From Camelus dromedarius (lineage: Eukaryota): 64,000 nt of DNA. Position 1 is the stretch's first letter. The number at the start of each line of letters is the position of its first letter. Position numbers and translations under genes: made by a program. Positions 13,060 to 25,124 of the stretch are shown one piece after another. The notes beneath the pieces are model-generated. The model was not told the origin of the DNA. It did not search any database and saw nothing but the letters and a program-made list of their open reading frames with translations. Location: positions 18,724,001-18,788,000 of the forward strand of contig NC_087465.1 in the NCBI RefSeq assembly GCF_036321535.1, given 5' to 3'.

Positions 13060-13200
13060 ACTTTGCAGCCTGCGAAACTGGCTTAAAGTTTCTGTTTGGC
13101 TACTTCCTCTGTGACTCAGTTTTCTCAACTATAAATGAAAATAGTAATTCCTGCTTCTCAGGGCATTGTGAGATTTGAGAAATAGTAACACAAAAGCTTC
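13060..13200 (+). mobile_element. MIR SINE
   Basis: ctcagttttctcaactataaatgaaaatagtaat...gggcattgtgagatt. Confidence 0.7.
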
Positions 13201-13598
13201 TGTCTCCTCCCTCGTTCTCTTTGCCAACCTGAACTCTAGGTTCTTTTGACGCTGTTTCTGCAAATTCTTCTGTCTGTTCCCTTCTTTTTATATCCTCTTT
13301 CCCAGTCACTGTCCTCTTATTGGGATGATCACCAGTTGGCTAGCTCATCTGCTTAGTTTTTTTTACTCACCCTTCTGGTCACCATCTTTAGTCAATTTTT
13401 CAAACTGCCTCATCTGTGATCAGGTTGAAGTTGACCTCTGATGGTGATATTTCTCTTCTCCAAATAAAAATTCTTAATAAGTCCGTATCACCTGCTGAAT
13501 GAAGGTCAGACTCCTTGGCATGGTATTCAGGGCCATTCATGAGTTGATTCCAATCTAGAATTGTCTCCTTCTTTCTCATATATTTACAGGGTTGAACT

Positions 13599-14112
13599 TG
13601 TAATAGGGAAGAATGAATCTGACTCCACATTAGGTCTGCTCCTTTAGCTCTAGCCCTGTGCTCTGTCTCCTGTGCTTAGTCCTGCTGGTTCTGCACCTGT
13701 TGTAAAAGACTGTTGCCTGCGGCCTGAAATATACAGGACAGCCCATTCTCAACGCTCTGATCTTAAAGGGTATAATACTTCCCCATTCACATAAAGATAA
13801 AAAGTTTCAGAACAGGGAATAACATTTGCCTTGTTGGAGGTTTACAGGGACACCATGATCTCACCTATGTGGACAGCTGCAAGAACAAAGGATTCTGACA
13901 CCAGGAAGTTTGCAACAACCAACCACACCTCCTCTGCTTTTTAGTATAGAAGGAGCTTGAATTCTGATTTGGGGAAGATAGTTCTCCAGGACATTGGTCC
14001 CCCATCTTCTCAGTCTGCTGGCTTTCTGTATAAAAGTCGTTATTCCTTGCCCCAACACCTCATCACTGAATTATGTCATGTGGTGAGCAGAATGAGTTTG
14101 GAGTTGGTAACA
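13599..14112 (+). mobile_element. ERV1-class solo LTR (514 bp), family not assigned
   Basis: TG...CA termini with a perfect 4-bp TSD AACT (13595-13598 and 14113-14116), as expected for ERV1. Has an LTR-like 3' end ttccttgccccaacacctc...gagcagaatgagtttggagttggtaaca. Confidence 0.85.
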
Positions 14113-14699
14113 AACTAGTAGGTAAACGTTCAAGTACGCATGCGTGCATTTTTCTAGGATAAGCTTCAGACCATTCAACAGATTCTCAATTAGCTTGGGG
14201 TTTGGGGTGTTTAAGAACTGCTGGACTATGCCTGCGTGGTCTTTTGTCTCTACCTTCCAGTGATCCCTTGCCCGAGCCAGCCCCACAGACTTTTTCATTT
14301 GCTTATTAAGGTTGGTATTGTCTATGAAGGTATCTATGGAGCTCTCTCTGCCTGAAGTGCAGAGACTCCCAGCTTGGCTCATCTAAATCCCACCCGCTCT
14401 TTAAGGTTATCTCAAATTCCATGTTCTCCAGAAAGTGACAATCACGTCCCCAGTTAGAATTAATTACGCTCTATATTATGCCCCCTCCCCCCACACTTTG
14501 GACTTTAATTATATTATTGTGGTAGTTTGCATCATTCTTCCCAGTAGCTCACTTTCCCCTGTACCCATGCCCTTTAGGACTTGACACTGTTTTCCTTCCT
14601 CTAGAGGCAGAGCACCGTCCTCACCCCATGGTGTTTGGGGGTGTCAGTTCGGAACTGAGGCTTCAAGGCGCATGGCGGGTTTCTGTTGTCCCCTCACAC

Positions 14700-14951
14700 T
14701 TCTGCCATCACTGTGAGAAGAACACACTCTGGCCAGCTTACTTGGCCAGGGAGGATGAGAGTCATGTGGAGCAAACCTGAACCCAACCTCCAGTCCGACT
14801 GACGCCCAGCCCTGCCAAATCCAGTCTACATCCCCTGACCCCGGGGCAACCTGCATGGGAATGAGTAAGCAGATATAACTGGTTGCTTTAAGCCACTGGC
14901 GTTGGGGTGGTTTGCTCCTTGGTATTGTTATGCCAACAGCTGGCTGGTACA
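14700..14951 (+). mobile_element. Old MLT1 (I/J/K-type) LTR fragment
   Basis: gagtcatgtggagc...ggttgctttaagccactggcgttggggtggtttgct...gctggtaca terminus. Confidence 0.7.
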
Positions 14952-15769
14952 GTTTCTGTATTTTGGCTTTTCACATACACAGGTCTGTTCCGTCCAATAG
15001 GCAGGAGCAATACTCTTCATCTTTGTGTTCTTTAGAGACTTAAATCCACTTCTTGCCCAGAGTGGGCATACTATATACATTGTTGTTGGTTTCAATTGGA
15101 TAACAAGCACTTTATTAAGGTTTAAAATCACCAGAGGGAGCTTCTGGTGAGTGATGTCTTGCTTATCATCAAAGACCACCGAGTGTGCGCCATGTGTGTG
15201 GCGGTACCAAAACAATCTGACAAGCCTCCGTGGAATACTTCCAGGACAGATCAGAGCAACAATAACCACTGATTAGTACACAAATAACTGTTAGTTGCTA
15301 GGCCAGTAATGGCAGGGTTACTCTTTTCAAAACGTGACATAGGTCAATTATCACAAAGCTTTTAGGAGCTAGGACAAAGGATCCCCTATGTGTCTTGTAA
15401 ATAGCAGATTTGGGGTCTTTGACATGCACTCAAAGGGGTTTCTAGCTTCCACAAATCTTCTTTGGGGGCATTTTCTTGCTTCTCCCCAAGGGTTTTGGCT
15501 TGTTCATGGCTGTTTAACTCAAAAGAGGTTTGTTTATCACTCTGCTTTTAGGAAACCTGCTAGGAGCTGAGGGCTGGGAGAAAGCAGGTCACGGTTGCAG
15601 CTGAGAGAAGTAGGTTACTCAGCACATGAGAAATGAGCTGACTCCAGATTGAGAACTGGGTCTGTCTTCCAGCCCAGACTGGCTTCCACATAACTGACCG
15701 ACGCAGGAAATCTCTTAGCGTGCTTGACATGGAAGACACTAACGCTGATGGCATGCAGTCATCTGTCTA

Positions 15770-15935
15770 GTATTCTAAACACGCTGCTATCTCATTTCAT
15801 CCTCACAGTAATACCACGGGAAAAGGGAAGAGCTTTAGAGATGTTAATTTGTCCAGGTCCCACGGATATTAAATGCTAAAGCTCGGCTTTGACTTCAAGT
15901 CTGTCCGTCTGCCTCTAAAAACCCATGCTTTTCTC
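15770..15935 (-). mobile_element. MIR SINE
   Basis: atctcatttcatcctcacag...gttaatttgtccaggtccca...tctgtccgtctgcctctaaaaccc. Confidence 0.65.
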
Positions 15936-16640
15936 AGGACATCACTGCCTCCCACTGGGGATCCCTGCTGCCTCCTTCCATCACCAGATGTGACTCCTTG
16001 GATATCAGCCTCAGCCCGGTTACATCTGAGGTTGACAAGGCCCCTACAAGGAGATTTATATTTCTGTGCCCCACCTCCTCACCAAGGAAGTCAGCCCCCA
16101 AGGCTTTCTGCTTTCTTTCCTTTTTCCTACCTGTTCTCAAAGTTTCACGGCCAACGCCATGCAGGTTATGAGAGAACTTCTGAACTTTCTTTTTATAAGT
16201 GTTTGTGCACAGGAAGTGCTAAAGCATCGGGTGAATTTTCCAGACTAGTTGCGGCCATAGGAACTTCCTAGATACACTCCTTCCTGAATTAGTCCAGAAT
16301 GTTCCATTTCAGCAACTCGGCATGGAGGAGGCTGAGGGTCCAGGTCAGGAAAGGAGTCATTCTTCTGCTGCCCGTGGTCTTTTTCTTCCTTAAATGTGTG
16401 TAGCAGCAGTAGTAAGAGCTGCTAAAGCCGTGAGGGAGGAGGGGAACCAGCAGAAGGCTCTTCTCATTCCCCCAGTGGTGAAGCAGGAAACAGGGACAGC
16501 TTCCACTGGCTCCACTTTCTCAACCAGAAGGGAAAACAGAAAGGCTGGGACCGAAGCCTTATTGATCAGCCCCTGCCCTTGGCTTAGTCTCATCAATACC
16601 AGTCAACCAGCCAGTCAGCAAGGGAGTCAGTGAGGTCGGC

Positions 16641-16665
16641 GGTCAGCTGACCAGGTGGTCAGATG
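16641..16665. promoter_or_regulatory. Triple E-box cluster (CAGCTG, CAGGTG, CAGATG)
   Basis: E-boxes start at 16644, 16652 and 16660; the first lies inside the palindrome GGTCAGCTGACC. Motif presence only, function untested. Confidence 0.4.
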
Positions 16666-16759
16666 CTCCCGGGCCAGGCAGAGGTCAGGCGTCCACAACA
16701 CAAAGGCTGATATTCAATGCCTCATCTTCTAGGCCGGGCCTGGGCATCTTTACAGAGTA

Positions 16760-16948
16760 CGACCCTCACTCCTCTTGTACCACTTATCACACGGTATTCG
16801 ATTGTGGCTCGGCTGCTCACACCTTCTTCTTGACTCTAAGCTCTGTGAAGGGCAAAGCACTTCCTTTTTTTGATCCTTGCTCTGCATCCAGAGCCTAACA
16901 CAGTCTGGCCTGTAGGTGATGCGTGAACAGAGATTTGCAAATGAAGTG
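16760..16948 (+). mobile_element. L2 3' end
   Basis: gactctaagctctgtgaagggca...ccagagcctaacacagtctggcctgtagg. Confidence 0.75.
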
Positions 16949-17619
16949 TTAAATGTTGAGAAGATGAAATTTTCTTTGGAATGATGTAACGCTAAGGAAA
17001 GAGAAAGAGGAGGAAGCTTGAGGTTCCTTAATATAAAAAGGAAGGAAATATGCAGATGCTACAACTGAATAGCTTAGGCTGCATGAGAGCAGGGAACTGG
17101 GGAAGGTATGGAAGGCTGAGCAGGAGAGGACAGAAGTGGTCACAGAGGCTCTGTATTAGAAGTTGCACAGGGGTTGTCTGTTTAATTAAAATATACTGGT
17201 ATTTATATAGTTAACCATACTCTGTGATGTGCTTAAAGGTATTCTAAGAATTTTTTTCCCAAAGGCACACAAAAATGAGAGAAATAGACACCATTTTTGG
17301 TAAAAATTAGAGCATGTTCAGAGTTGCATAAGACTTTTTAATATCCATTTTCCCCATGTATACAATGGTTTATTATGTTTTTGTAACTAAACTGATTAAG
17401 CAGCTTTTGGATACTAAGAGATGCCCTGTATCATTCCTGACCTGTAGTTTCTAAAACTATGGTTATTATTTAGCATTGATGGTCTAGTGGAAAACCTCTT
17501 AACATGCTTGCTTGGTTGGTTAACCCAAAAAGCTTATTAAAGAGGAAAAAATCATAAAAATGCTGTACATGGACCTTATATTTTTACTTTTAATTCAAAA
17601 TCAAGATCTTTGAGTAGAG

Positions 17620-17853
17620 GCTGACTAATTAAGAACATAGACCCTGGAGCAAGACTGCCTGGTTGTATTGCTCTTAGCTGTGTGATCTTGAGCAAGTTAC
17701 TTTCTCTCCACCTCAGTTTCCTCATCTGTAAAATGGGAATGAAAAGCTATCTACCTCACGGGGCCATTGTGAGGATTAATTAACAAATACAAACAAATTA
17801 ATTAGGACAAGTCCTGGCTCACAGTAACCTCTTAATAAGTATTAATTATTGTT
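17620..17853 (+). mobile_element. MIR SINE
   Basis: agctgtgtgatcttgagcaagttact...cctcagtttcctcatctgtaaaatgggaat. Confidence 0.92.
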
Positions 17854-19139
17854 GCACAAATTATGGATTGTATAAAATATTTAGTTGTGATTTAAAGTGA
17901 AACAAAAATGTAGACATTTATCAAGAAAGAGAAGTGCATCGTTTAAAGATTTTTCCAGTCTTTTATAATGTTTTGTAGCACCTAGTGTGTCATTAATTTT
18001 TAAAGCATCTTGCCTTTTTCAAAGCAATCAACTCAGTTTTTATAGAAATTATTTGTCCTTACACTTTGTAACTTGTGTGTACATTTTCTACAACTGATCT
18101 GAGAATATATTTGCTATAGGGGTAAGTGGGTTCTCTTTGTCTGTACCCCAAAGAGGCTTCCCCCACTTTATGAAAAATGGCCACTTTTTCATCCATCTTT
18201 CTATAAATTGCTTCAGCGTGGCAGGACCTCCAGGGTGGCAACTCAAGCCAATCGGAAAAATTAGCATTGGTGTCGTAAAAAGTGAATACTCTGAGTACTG
18301 GATTAAAAAAAAAATCTTTTGCAATTCAAGTGATTTCCAATTCTTTGGTTTCAAGAAAACTAAAGGAGAACCTAAGATGTCAACTTTGAAATGTGTATAG
18401 TTTTCAAAATTCTCTGAAGTTTGCTCAGCATTTGTGAGCAAAGAGCTTTGAAGACCCTCATCTAGAGAATAGCCTATCAGCTTTGAGTTTTAAGCATCGC
18501 AATGAAAAACACTGGTTAATCCAGGGAGCAAGTTAACAGACATTCTACTGTTTTAAAGTTTCAAAAGATCTTTCTCACCATTGCTTAGTTAATGAGGGAA
18601 GTGCTATTTGGTGGTGACTCACACCCTGATTCTTAACTGGCTTTTATGCTTCCAAAGCCATTCCAAACCTTTAGGTGGAACTGCATATAAAAATAGGACT
18701 GCTTTGAAGATTCTTAGAAGGGATTACCTTTAAATAATATTTTATTATTACCAATAATTATCTTGTGATTTTGGAATTTTCAGTTATTTCTCTTTGATGC
18801 TACTCAAAGCACTTTGTGGACTGTATTCAGTTGGTGTTTAACAAAGCCTGATGAAATATGTAAGAGGTAGTCAGAAGGGGGTTAAGTGATACTTCTTTAG
18901 GAAGTCAAAGATGGTGTCAACAATACATCAACTAAAACCAATGACTCTTCCTATTTATACAAACATACTGGATACAGAATAGCAAGGTCGTATTAATGAC
19001 CCGCTATCCCCTTTCCAAGCTGATGCTAGGTTTGGGCTCATTCAGCCACATGCAAATACACATGCATGTGTGTATGTACATGACAAATAGGCACCTGCAA
19101 CATGGCATTCCTTAGGCTGCCTTCTAATGTAATTTTATA

Positions 19140-20640
19140 CACTGTCTTCGGCTGGCTTCATCCGTCATCATGGCTTTAACTCTCAATGGTCACAATGGTT
19201 CCCCTAAATATCTCCCATCCAGAACGTCTAAAACTACATTCCTGTGCACCGTAATGGAGCCTTTGTCCAGACAGCTGCAGAAGCTAGAAACCTGGGAGCT
19301 GTCCAGCCCTCTCCCCACTTCTTGACCCCTATACCCAATTGATCCAAAATTTTATTGATTTTACTCCAGAAATAACACTAAGATCGTTCTCCCATTTTGA
19401 TATTTTACCACCACTGCTCAATACTGGCCCTTGTTTCTTCTGCTGAGTCCATCTCCCAAAACAACAGCCACTTAACTGGTCTCCCTGCCCTGGTCTCCAA
19501 TCCACTAACTCCATCCTTTACATCGTTCAAGCAACCTCTTCAGAGATTGAAGGAAATTGTGCCATTCCAGGTCTGAGAAATTTCTAATGTCTCTCCAATG
19601 TTTATAATTTGAATTCACATTTCTTTTCTTTTCCTTTTTCATTTTTTTTTTTTTTTGGCTTAAAACTCAAATTTATTACCGAAACAGTCCTGGAGGTCAG
19701 AAATTCTAAAGCCAAGGTGTCAATAGGGTAGTATTGAGGCTCTAGGGGAGAGTCTGTTTCCTTGCCTTTTCAAGCCTCTAGAGGCTACTTGCAGTCTTTG
19801 GCTTGTAGCCCCTTCCTTGCATCACTCCATCTTTCTATCACTGTGACCCTCCTGCCTTCCTCTTACAAGGACCTTGTAATTACATTGGGTACACTGGATA
19901 ATCCATGTCTCAAAATCCTTACCTTAATTACATGCCAAAGTCCCTTTTGCTATGAAAAATAACATTGAATTTACATTTCTAAGGGTGGTTTATAAAGCCC
20001 TTTATAATCTGCCCTTTGTGTACTTTTACAGTGAAACTTCCCAACCCTTAGCTCTGGTCATTCCACCCCTCTTACTTTTCCCTGAGTACACCATACTTGC
20101 TTTCATCCACTCATTCAACTATCTGTCACGTGCTTTCTCTGTGCTGGTCACTAGTTAATGCCTGGAGCCACATCAGTGCAGACGTGACCCTGTCCCTGTC
20201 CTTACAGAGGCTACATTCTGGGCTTTTCCATGGCCCATTCCTTCACACTGGTCCAGTTTTCTCCCCGGAGAGCTCATTTCCCACCCCTCTCTCCTGTCTA
20301 GCAAACTCCTGCTTCACTTTAGGACTCAGCCTATTCATGAGAAATCCTGGAAGGCTGCCTGGATCTCTCCCTCACGTCTACCAGCTAGATATTCCTTCTT
20401 CAGGAAATGAACTCCAGGAGGGCCTGGGTGTGACTTGTGCATGGCTGCACGCTCAATGCCTAGAACAGGGCCTGGCATATAGTGCACTTTTAATAAATAC
20501 TTATCAAATACATCATACCTACCAAAATACCTACCTAGTTACGTGTTTCTACCTTGAGACCACGAGCTGCGAGTTCCTAAGGGTCAGATGCTTATCTAAT
20601 TTGCTCTTTACCTCCGCTGCTTATCACAATGCCTGCTCCA
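19140..20640 (+). mobile_element. L2 LINE fragment with nested MLT1 LTR
   Basis: aagctagaaacctgggag, ctaactggtctccctgcc-like and cttctttcaggaa-like L2 segments, plus tail cctagaacagggcctggcatatagt. ORF 20097-20663 lies within it. Confidence 0.75.
19655..19985 (-). mobile_element. MLT1 (C/D-type) LTR
   Basis: tggcttaaaactcaaatttatt...ctggaggtcagaaattctaaagccaaggtgtc...cttacaaggaccttgtaattacattggg. Confidence 0.85.
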
Positions 20641-20983
20641 CTGTCAGCAATCAAAAGTGGTGAATATAGCCACACAGACTTACATGAAGAAAACACAACC
20701 AAACAAAAAATCCAAAAGCATTGGGAAAAATGCTGTGAGGGGTTAATATTATCCAACCCCTGGAGTGGGAACGGGATGTGGAATATGCATGAGAATTCTA
20801 GAACTCTAGGAGTAAGACACAGTGTTTGTGTTATGAGTAAAGAGACATATATACATATGATTAGTTAAAAATACTGGCATGCTTCTGTATGTAATTAGAG
20901 GTTCGAGCAAAACGCGGTGGCAGCAGGGTGTAAGGAAGCCACTCTGGAAGGCTTCCTGGAAGAAAACCCAGCCCTTGAAAAAT

Positions 20984-21162
20984 TTACCAGATAAGACCCA
21001 GGGCACTCAGTTAAATCTGATAATTTCAGATAAACAGTGAACACACTTTTAGTATTATGTCCTATGCAATATTGGGGATATACGAAAAATGTACTCCTTG
21101 TTTACCTGAGATTCATATGTAACTGGGCCTCCCGTATTTTTATTCATTAAATTCAGCAACGC
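20984..21162. mobile_element. MER53-type palindromic hAT MITE inside an antisense L2 fragment
   Basis: Arms cagttaaatctgataatttcagataaaca and tgtttacctgagattcatatgtaactg are inverted copies around tgtcctatgcaatattgggga. Confidence 0.8.
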
Positions 21163-22104
21163 CATCTCTGGTTTGTGGAACAGCTTGAGGACAAAAAGAG
21201 CAGGGATGGAAAAGCACAAAGAGAATGGCCAGTTATTGAACACGTAAATTGGAGTCTCAGGTACATGGGGGATGGGGGGAAGAGGAAGTTACACGGATGC
21301 TGTCAGGGAAAGGAAGAGGGCCAGATTATAGAGGCTTTGAGTGATCTTGACTTGTCAAAGAAGAATATGTCGTTGTCCTGGGAATTTATGTTCAGCAGTG
21401 AAACAGAGACTTTACCCTTTATGAAAAATAGAGCGTACACAAAAATTTTTGTGGACATAACTCAACTCCCTGGGGACTTACTGTAACACTGATTATATGA
21501 ATTCTAAACACATCAGAAGCCATACAGAGCTTGCCCTTAAATGGAGAAAGATATATTTTCAGAAAGTTAAATTAAATGTTTACATTTCACCAAGAACAGC
21601 TCTTGGCAATACTGAACATTCAAAATTTTTCTAAATAAATTTCTACTGTATGGTAATTTACAGATATTAAATTAAGATGAAACAAGCTAATGAATATCTA
21701 CAGCAAAAAGAATAAATTATGAACTTGTTTAGACACTAAATGTTGGTTTAAGGAAGGTTTTAAAGTCATATGTTTAGATAATGAGCACATGAAAATAGTG
21801 GCTCTCTAAATCACAGATATAAAACTAATGACTAAAATACTAACACGTATTTATTTTTTATTAGTTATTCTAACTAGTACGAACGTCTTACTTTAAAACA
21901 AATCATTCAGATTAACAATCAACAAAAACAAATTAACAATCTGGTTGTTTTTGCTGCTGTGCAAATATCCATATTTGTGTTTATTGATGTTTTAAATTTA
22001 GCTCTGAAAAAGCAAGAATTCACATGACATATTTAGAAATCCCTTAAAAAAAATCTAAGCATTAAGGAATATTTTCTGCTATTTTTTTAAAGGTATAAAA
22101 AGAT

Positions 22105-22420
22105 ATTTTTGAATAACTGGGTAAATCTGAATACAGACTGGACATTAGCTGCTAATAAGGAAATATTTTAATGTGGTAGGGTTAAATTAAAAATAAAATC
22201 CTTTTCCATTAGTAAGTACTCAAGGATTATGGGCACGATGATATGTCTGGGATTGACCCTTAAAATACTCCACTTAAAAAGAAAGGGAGTAGCTGAAATA
22301 AAACTGCCAAGATGTTGATGGTTGAAGTAGGATGACGGGTATGTGGGGGGGTTCAGTACATGATTCTATTTCAGTGTATGTTTGCAAATTTCCATCATAA
22401 AAGGTAAAAAACAAAATAGG
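22105..22420 (+). mobile_element. Ancient L1 (L1MC4/L1ME-type) 3' end
   Basis: gggtaaatctgaatacagactggacattag...gatgttgatggttgaagtaggatgacgggtatgtgg...ttgcaaatttccatcataaaag. Confidence 0.8.
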
Positions 22421-22599
22421 TGTTTTTCGTGAATGAATAATTTCCTTGAAAGTACACCCTCCTTCCACTTCAAATTTTACACCCTCCTTCCAATTCAGAT
22501 TTTAAATATGTATACTGACACAGTGTTACATATTTCTCTTGCAGTGACTGGTTAATAAAGCAGCAGAGCATGTGTATCTTACTAACGATCACTCACTTT

Positions 22600-22830
22600 T
22601 ATCAAGTACACCCCACAGACCGGGCACTGCACTTACTGACTACTGTGCACTGTTCATTTAATGTCTGCAACCACCTTTTGATCTAGGCTTGACTACTATG
22701 CCCATTTTACAGGTGGAGAAATTGAGGCTTGGAGAGCTGACATTTCTCACCGAGGTAAAGATAGCACCTGTCTGTGTTGGGATCCAGGCTCAGGCTGCCT
22801 GCCTCTAAAGTCTGTATGTCTAACCCTTGC
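22600..22830 (-). mobile_element. MIR SINE
   Basis: cccattttacaggtggagaaattgaggcttggagag. Confidence 0.8.
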
Positions 22831-23189
22831 CCATGCTGCCAGGTGGATTAGCAGGACTACGGATGTACTTATAATATATATAATAGCGAGAAGGAAGTGG
22901 GAAATGGCTCGCCCGTTTCTCCCTCGCCACAGCCATGGCTCGGGGCCAGACCTGTGATCCCCTCAGATCCAGCCTGGGTTCAGCCACAGATCAAGCCGTT
23001 GTTTGAAGCAGAAAAGGGGAAAGATGCTGCTCTCAGACAAAGAGGAGGAGCAAAGACAACCAACAGAAGTCTCTTCTCACTGACAACAGTTCTGCAACTG
23101 TTTTTTTTCCTTTTCCCCAATAATACAAAATAACTAAAACGCACAGTTTGCCTTTTTTGTGCCTTCTGATGCCTGGTTGTATTTTGCAG

Positions 23190-23460
23190 GACTTTGCCTC
23201 CGTTTTAAATCATTCATCACGCGGAGCCTCTTGTTTGGCGCAGGAGGCGGGGGCGGGGGGCCGGGAGGAGGGGGCTGGGGCAGCGCGTCCTGCGTGTGAG
23301 CGACCGCACAGCTGCAGCCCTGCGAGACCCCGCCCCATGAGCTCATCCCCTGGCAGCGCCGCGGAGGGTGACATCATGCTTCTGCAGGGCTCCGCCGGCC
23401 CGCCGCCGCCCCGGGAGCGCTCTCGCTTTTCCCGAGGACAGGAAAAATTAGCCTCGGTAT
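23190..23460. promoter_or_regulatory. Small CpG island, candidate promoter with Sp1/GC boxes
   Basis: About 25 CpG by manual count in 23220-23450, against strong CpG depletion elsewhere; GGGGCGGGG at 23250-23258; not repeat-derived. Confidence 0.8.
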
Positions 23461-23605
23461 TTCTAGCTGTTCCTGAGGAAATGGCATTTTATTCAAAGGT
23501 GTCGTGGGAAACTGAACACGCTGCCTGCATTAGTACCGGTTTCTGCGCCAAAGAAAAACAGAGCCTATCAGTAAATAAGTCACTGATTACTGTCCTTATC
23601 AGACT

Positions 23606-23617
23606 ATGAAGGTAAGC
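23606..23617 (+). other. Candidate first-exon end: ATG AAG followed by 5' splice site GTAAGC
   Basis: gactATGAAG|GTAAGC; A at -3; strong donor consensus about 150 bp downstream of the CpG island; no downstream partner exon identified. Confidence 0.35.
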
Positions 23618-23739
23618 GACGTTCTTCGAAAACAGGGTCCAATTACAATGGCACGAGATAGTCTCGGTGCTTCTTCAAAGTTATTGCAGCTGAAGAGTAT
23701 AAAAAACCCCCACAGAAATAATATTAAATCGTAATGATC

Positions 23740-23972
23740 AGTGTATTTTTAGCTCTTGCTGTATACTAGGAATGATGCTAAATGTTTTACATATGTTATC
23801 TAATTTAATCCCTATTACAATCTTACAAAGTAGTCATAACCTTCCCCCTCTACCCTCCCTTCACACGCACACTTCACAGATGAGGAAACTGAGGCCTGGA
23901 GAGGGAGGTAATTTGCTAAGGTCAGACAGCAGCAATTGGCAAAGCCAGCTGGACTCTGATCCAAAGCCTACA
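23740..23972 (-). mobile_element. MIR SINE
   Basis: acagatgaggaaactgaggcctggagaggg...taatttgctaaggtcagacagc. Confidence 0.88.
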
Positions 23973-23990
23973 TTTAAAAAAAAAAAAAAA

Positions 23991-24062
23991 TTTTAATGAA
24001 GGTACTGGGGATTGAGCCCAGGACCTCGTGCATGCTAAGCATGGGCTCTACCACGAGCCACT
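23991..24062 (-). mobile_element. Camelid tRNA-derived SINE (Vic-1-like), partial
   Basis: gaaggtactggggattgagcccaggacctcgtgcatgctaagcatgggctctaccac. Confidence 0.88.
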
Positions 24063-24310
24063 AAGGGGTAAACTCTTCCCCGCAAAGCCCTCACTGATCA
24101 TCGCTGTGCTACATTGCTCTGCAGGCCACAGGACAGGCCTATGCATGGTCACGTTTGATAGTTACTCAATAAAAGGGAGGATTGTTTCCACTGAGAAATC
24201 ACAGACTACCAAAACTGGGGTGTCTGCCACACTTGCCATTTCTCACCTCACTAGACACTCCATCTTGTAAAGGAGGAAGTCGAGGAGAGTAGTATTTATT
24301 AAGAACCTAC

Positions 24311-25035
24311 TGTGAGATAATAGAAAACATAAATATAAATATAAATTACAAACATAAACATAAATATAAATATAAATATAAATATAGGTCTCTGCCCCTG
24401 GTTCCTAACACAGAGCTCTTAAAATTATAATTTACTAAATAAGAACTAGGAGCATCTTTAGTTCTAATACTTAGTCTTTGACCCCGGTTCCTGACACAGA
24501 GCTCCTGAATCCCTTGGGATTTTCTGGGTGAGAGGAGTGTCTTTTGTTCTAATGAGGTGGCTCTTGGTGGGCTTCTGTGTTGGGGCTGGTCATCAGCAAG
24601 ACCAAGCAATGACTAGAAGCTTGGAATTTTCAGCCCTACCTCCCAGTCTCCAGAGAGGGAACAGGGACTGGAAATGGAGTTAATAATTGATCATGCCTAT
24701 TGTGATGAAGCCTCCATAAAAATCTCCCAAAGTCTGGAGAGCTTCCAGGTTCATGAACACACGGAGATGCTCCTCGCCCCTTCCCACACACCTTGCCCTA
24801 TGCATCTCCCATCTGTATCCTTTATCAGATCCTTTTATAATAAACTGGTAAACAGTGAGTAAACTCTTTTTTCCAGTCCTGTGAACTGCTCCAGCAAAAA
24901 GAAGGAGTTGTGGGAACCTCAGATTTACAGTTGATTGGTCAGAAATACAGATAAAACCCAGACTTGTGATTGGTGTCGGAAGTAGGGGGGCAGTCTTGTG
25001 GGACTGAGCCTTCTCCCTGACTTCAGATGCCAGTG
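24311..25035 (+). mobile_element. MER21-type LTR with (ATAAAT)n microsatellite at ~24328-24386
   Basis: Starts tgtgagataatagaaa; contains two copies of cc(t/c)ggttcct(a/g)acacagagctc; gatcatgcctattgtgatgaagcctccataaaa; gggggcagtcttgtgggactgagcc. Confidence 0.85.
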
Positions 25036-25124
25036 GAGGAGAAGAAAGACTAGACAGAGAAGGTGGGAAGAAAACTACTAAAAGGAGAGGAAACGTGATG
25101 TGGCAAAATGCTCGCGCGTGTGGC

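Noticed and set aside
18130-18320. Exon-like block with several open frames and a CCAAT box (agccaatcgg)
   Set aside because: Weak splice signals on both strands and no peptide I recognise.
20097-20663. 188-aa ORF
   Set aside because: Within an L2 fragment; pyrimidine-rich, stop-poor by composition.
23085-23110. 7-bp hairpin AACAGTT-CTGC-AACTGTT followed by a T-run (rho-independent terminator-like)
   Set aside because: Mammalian DNA; a short AT-rich stem is expected by chance.
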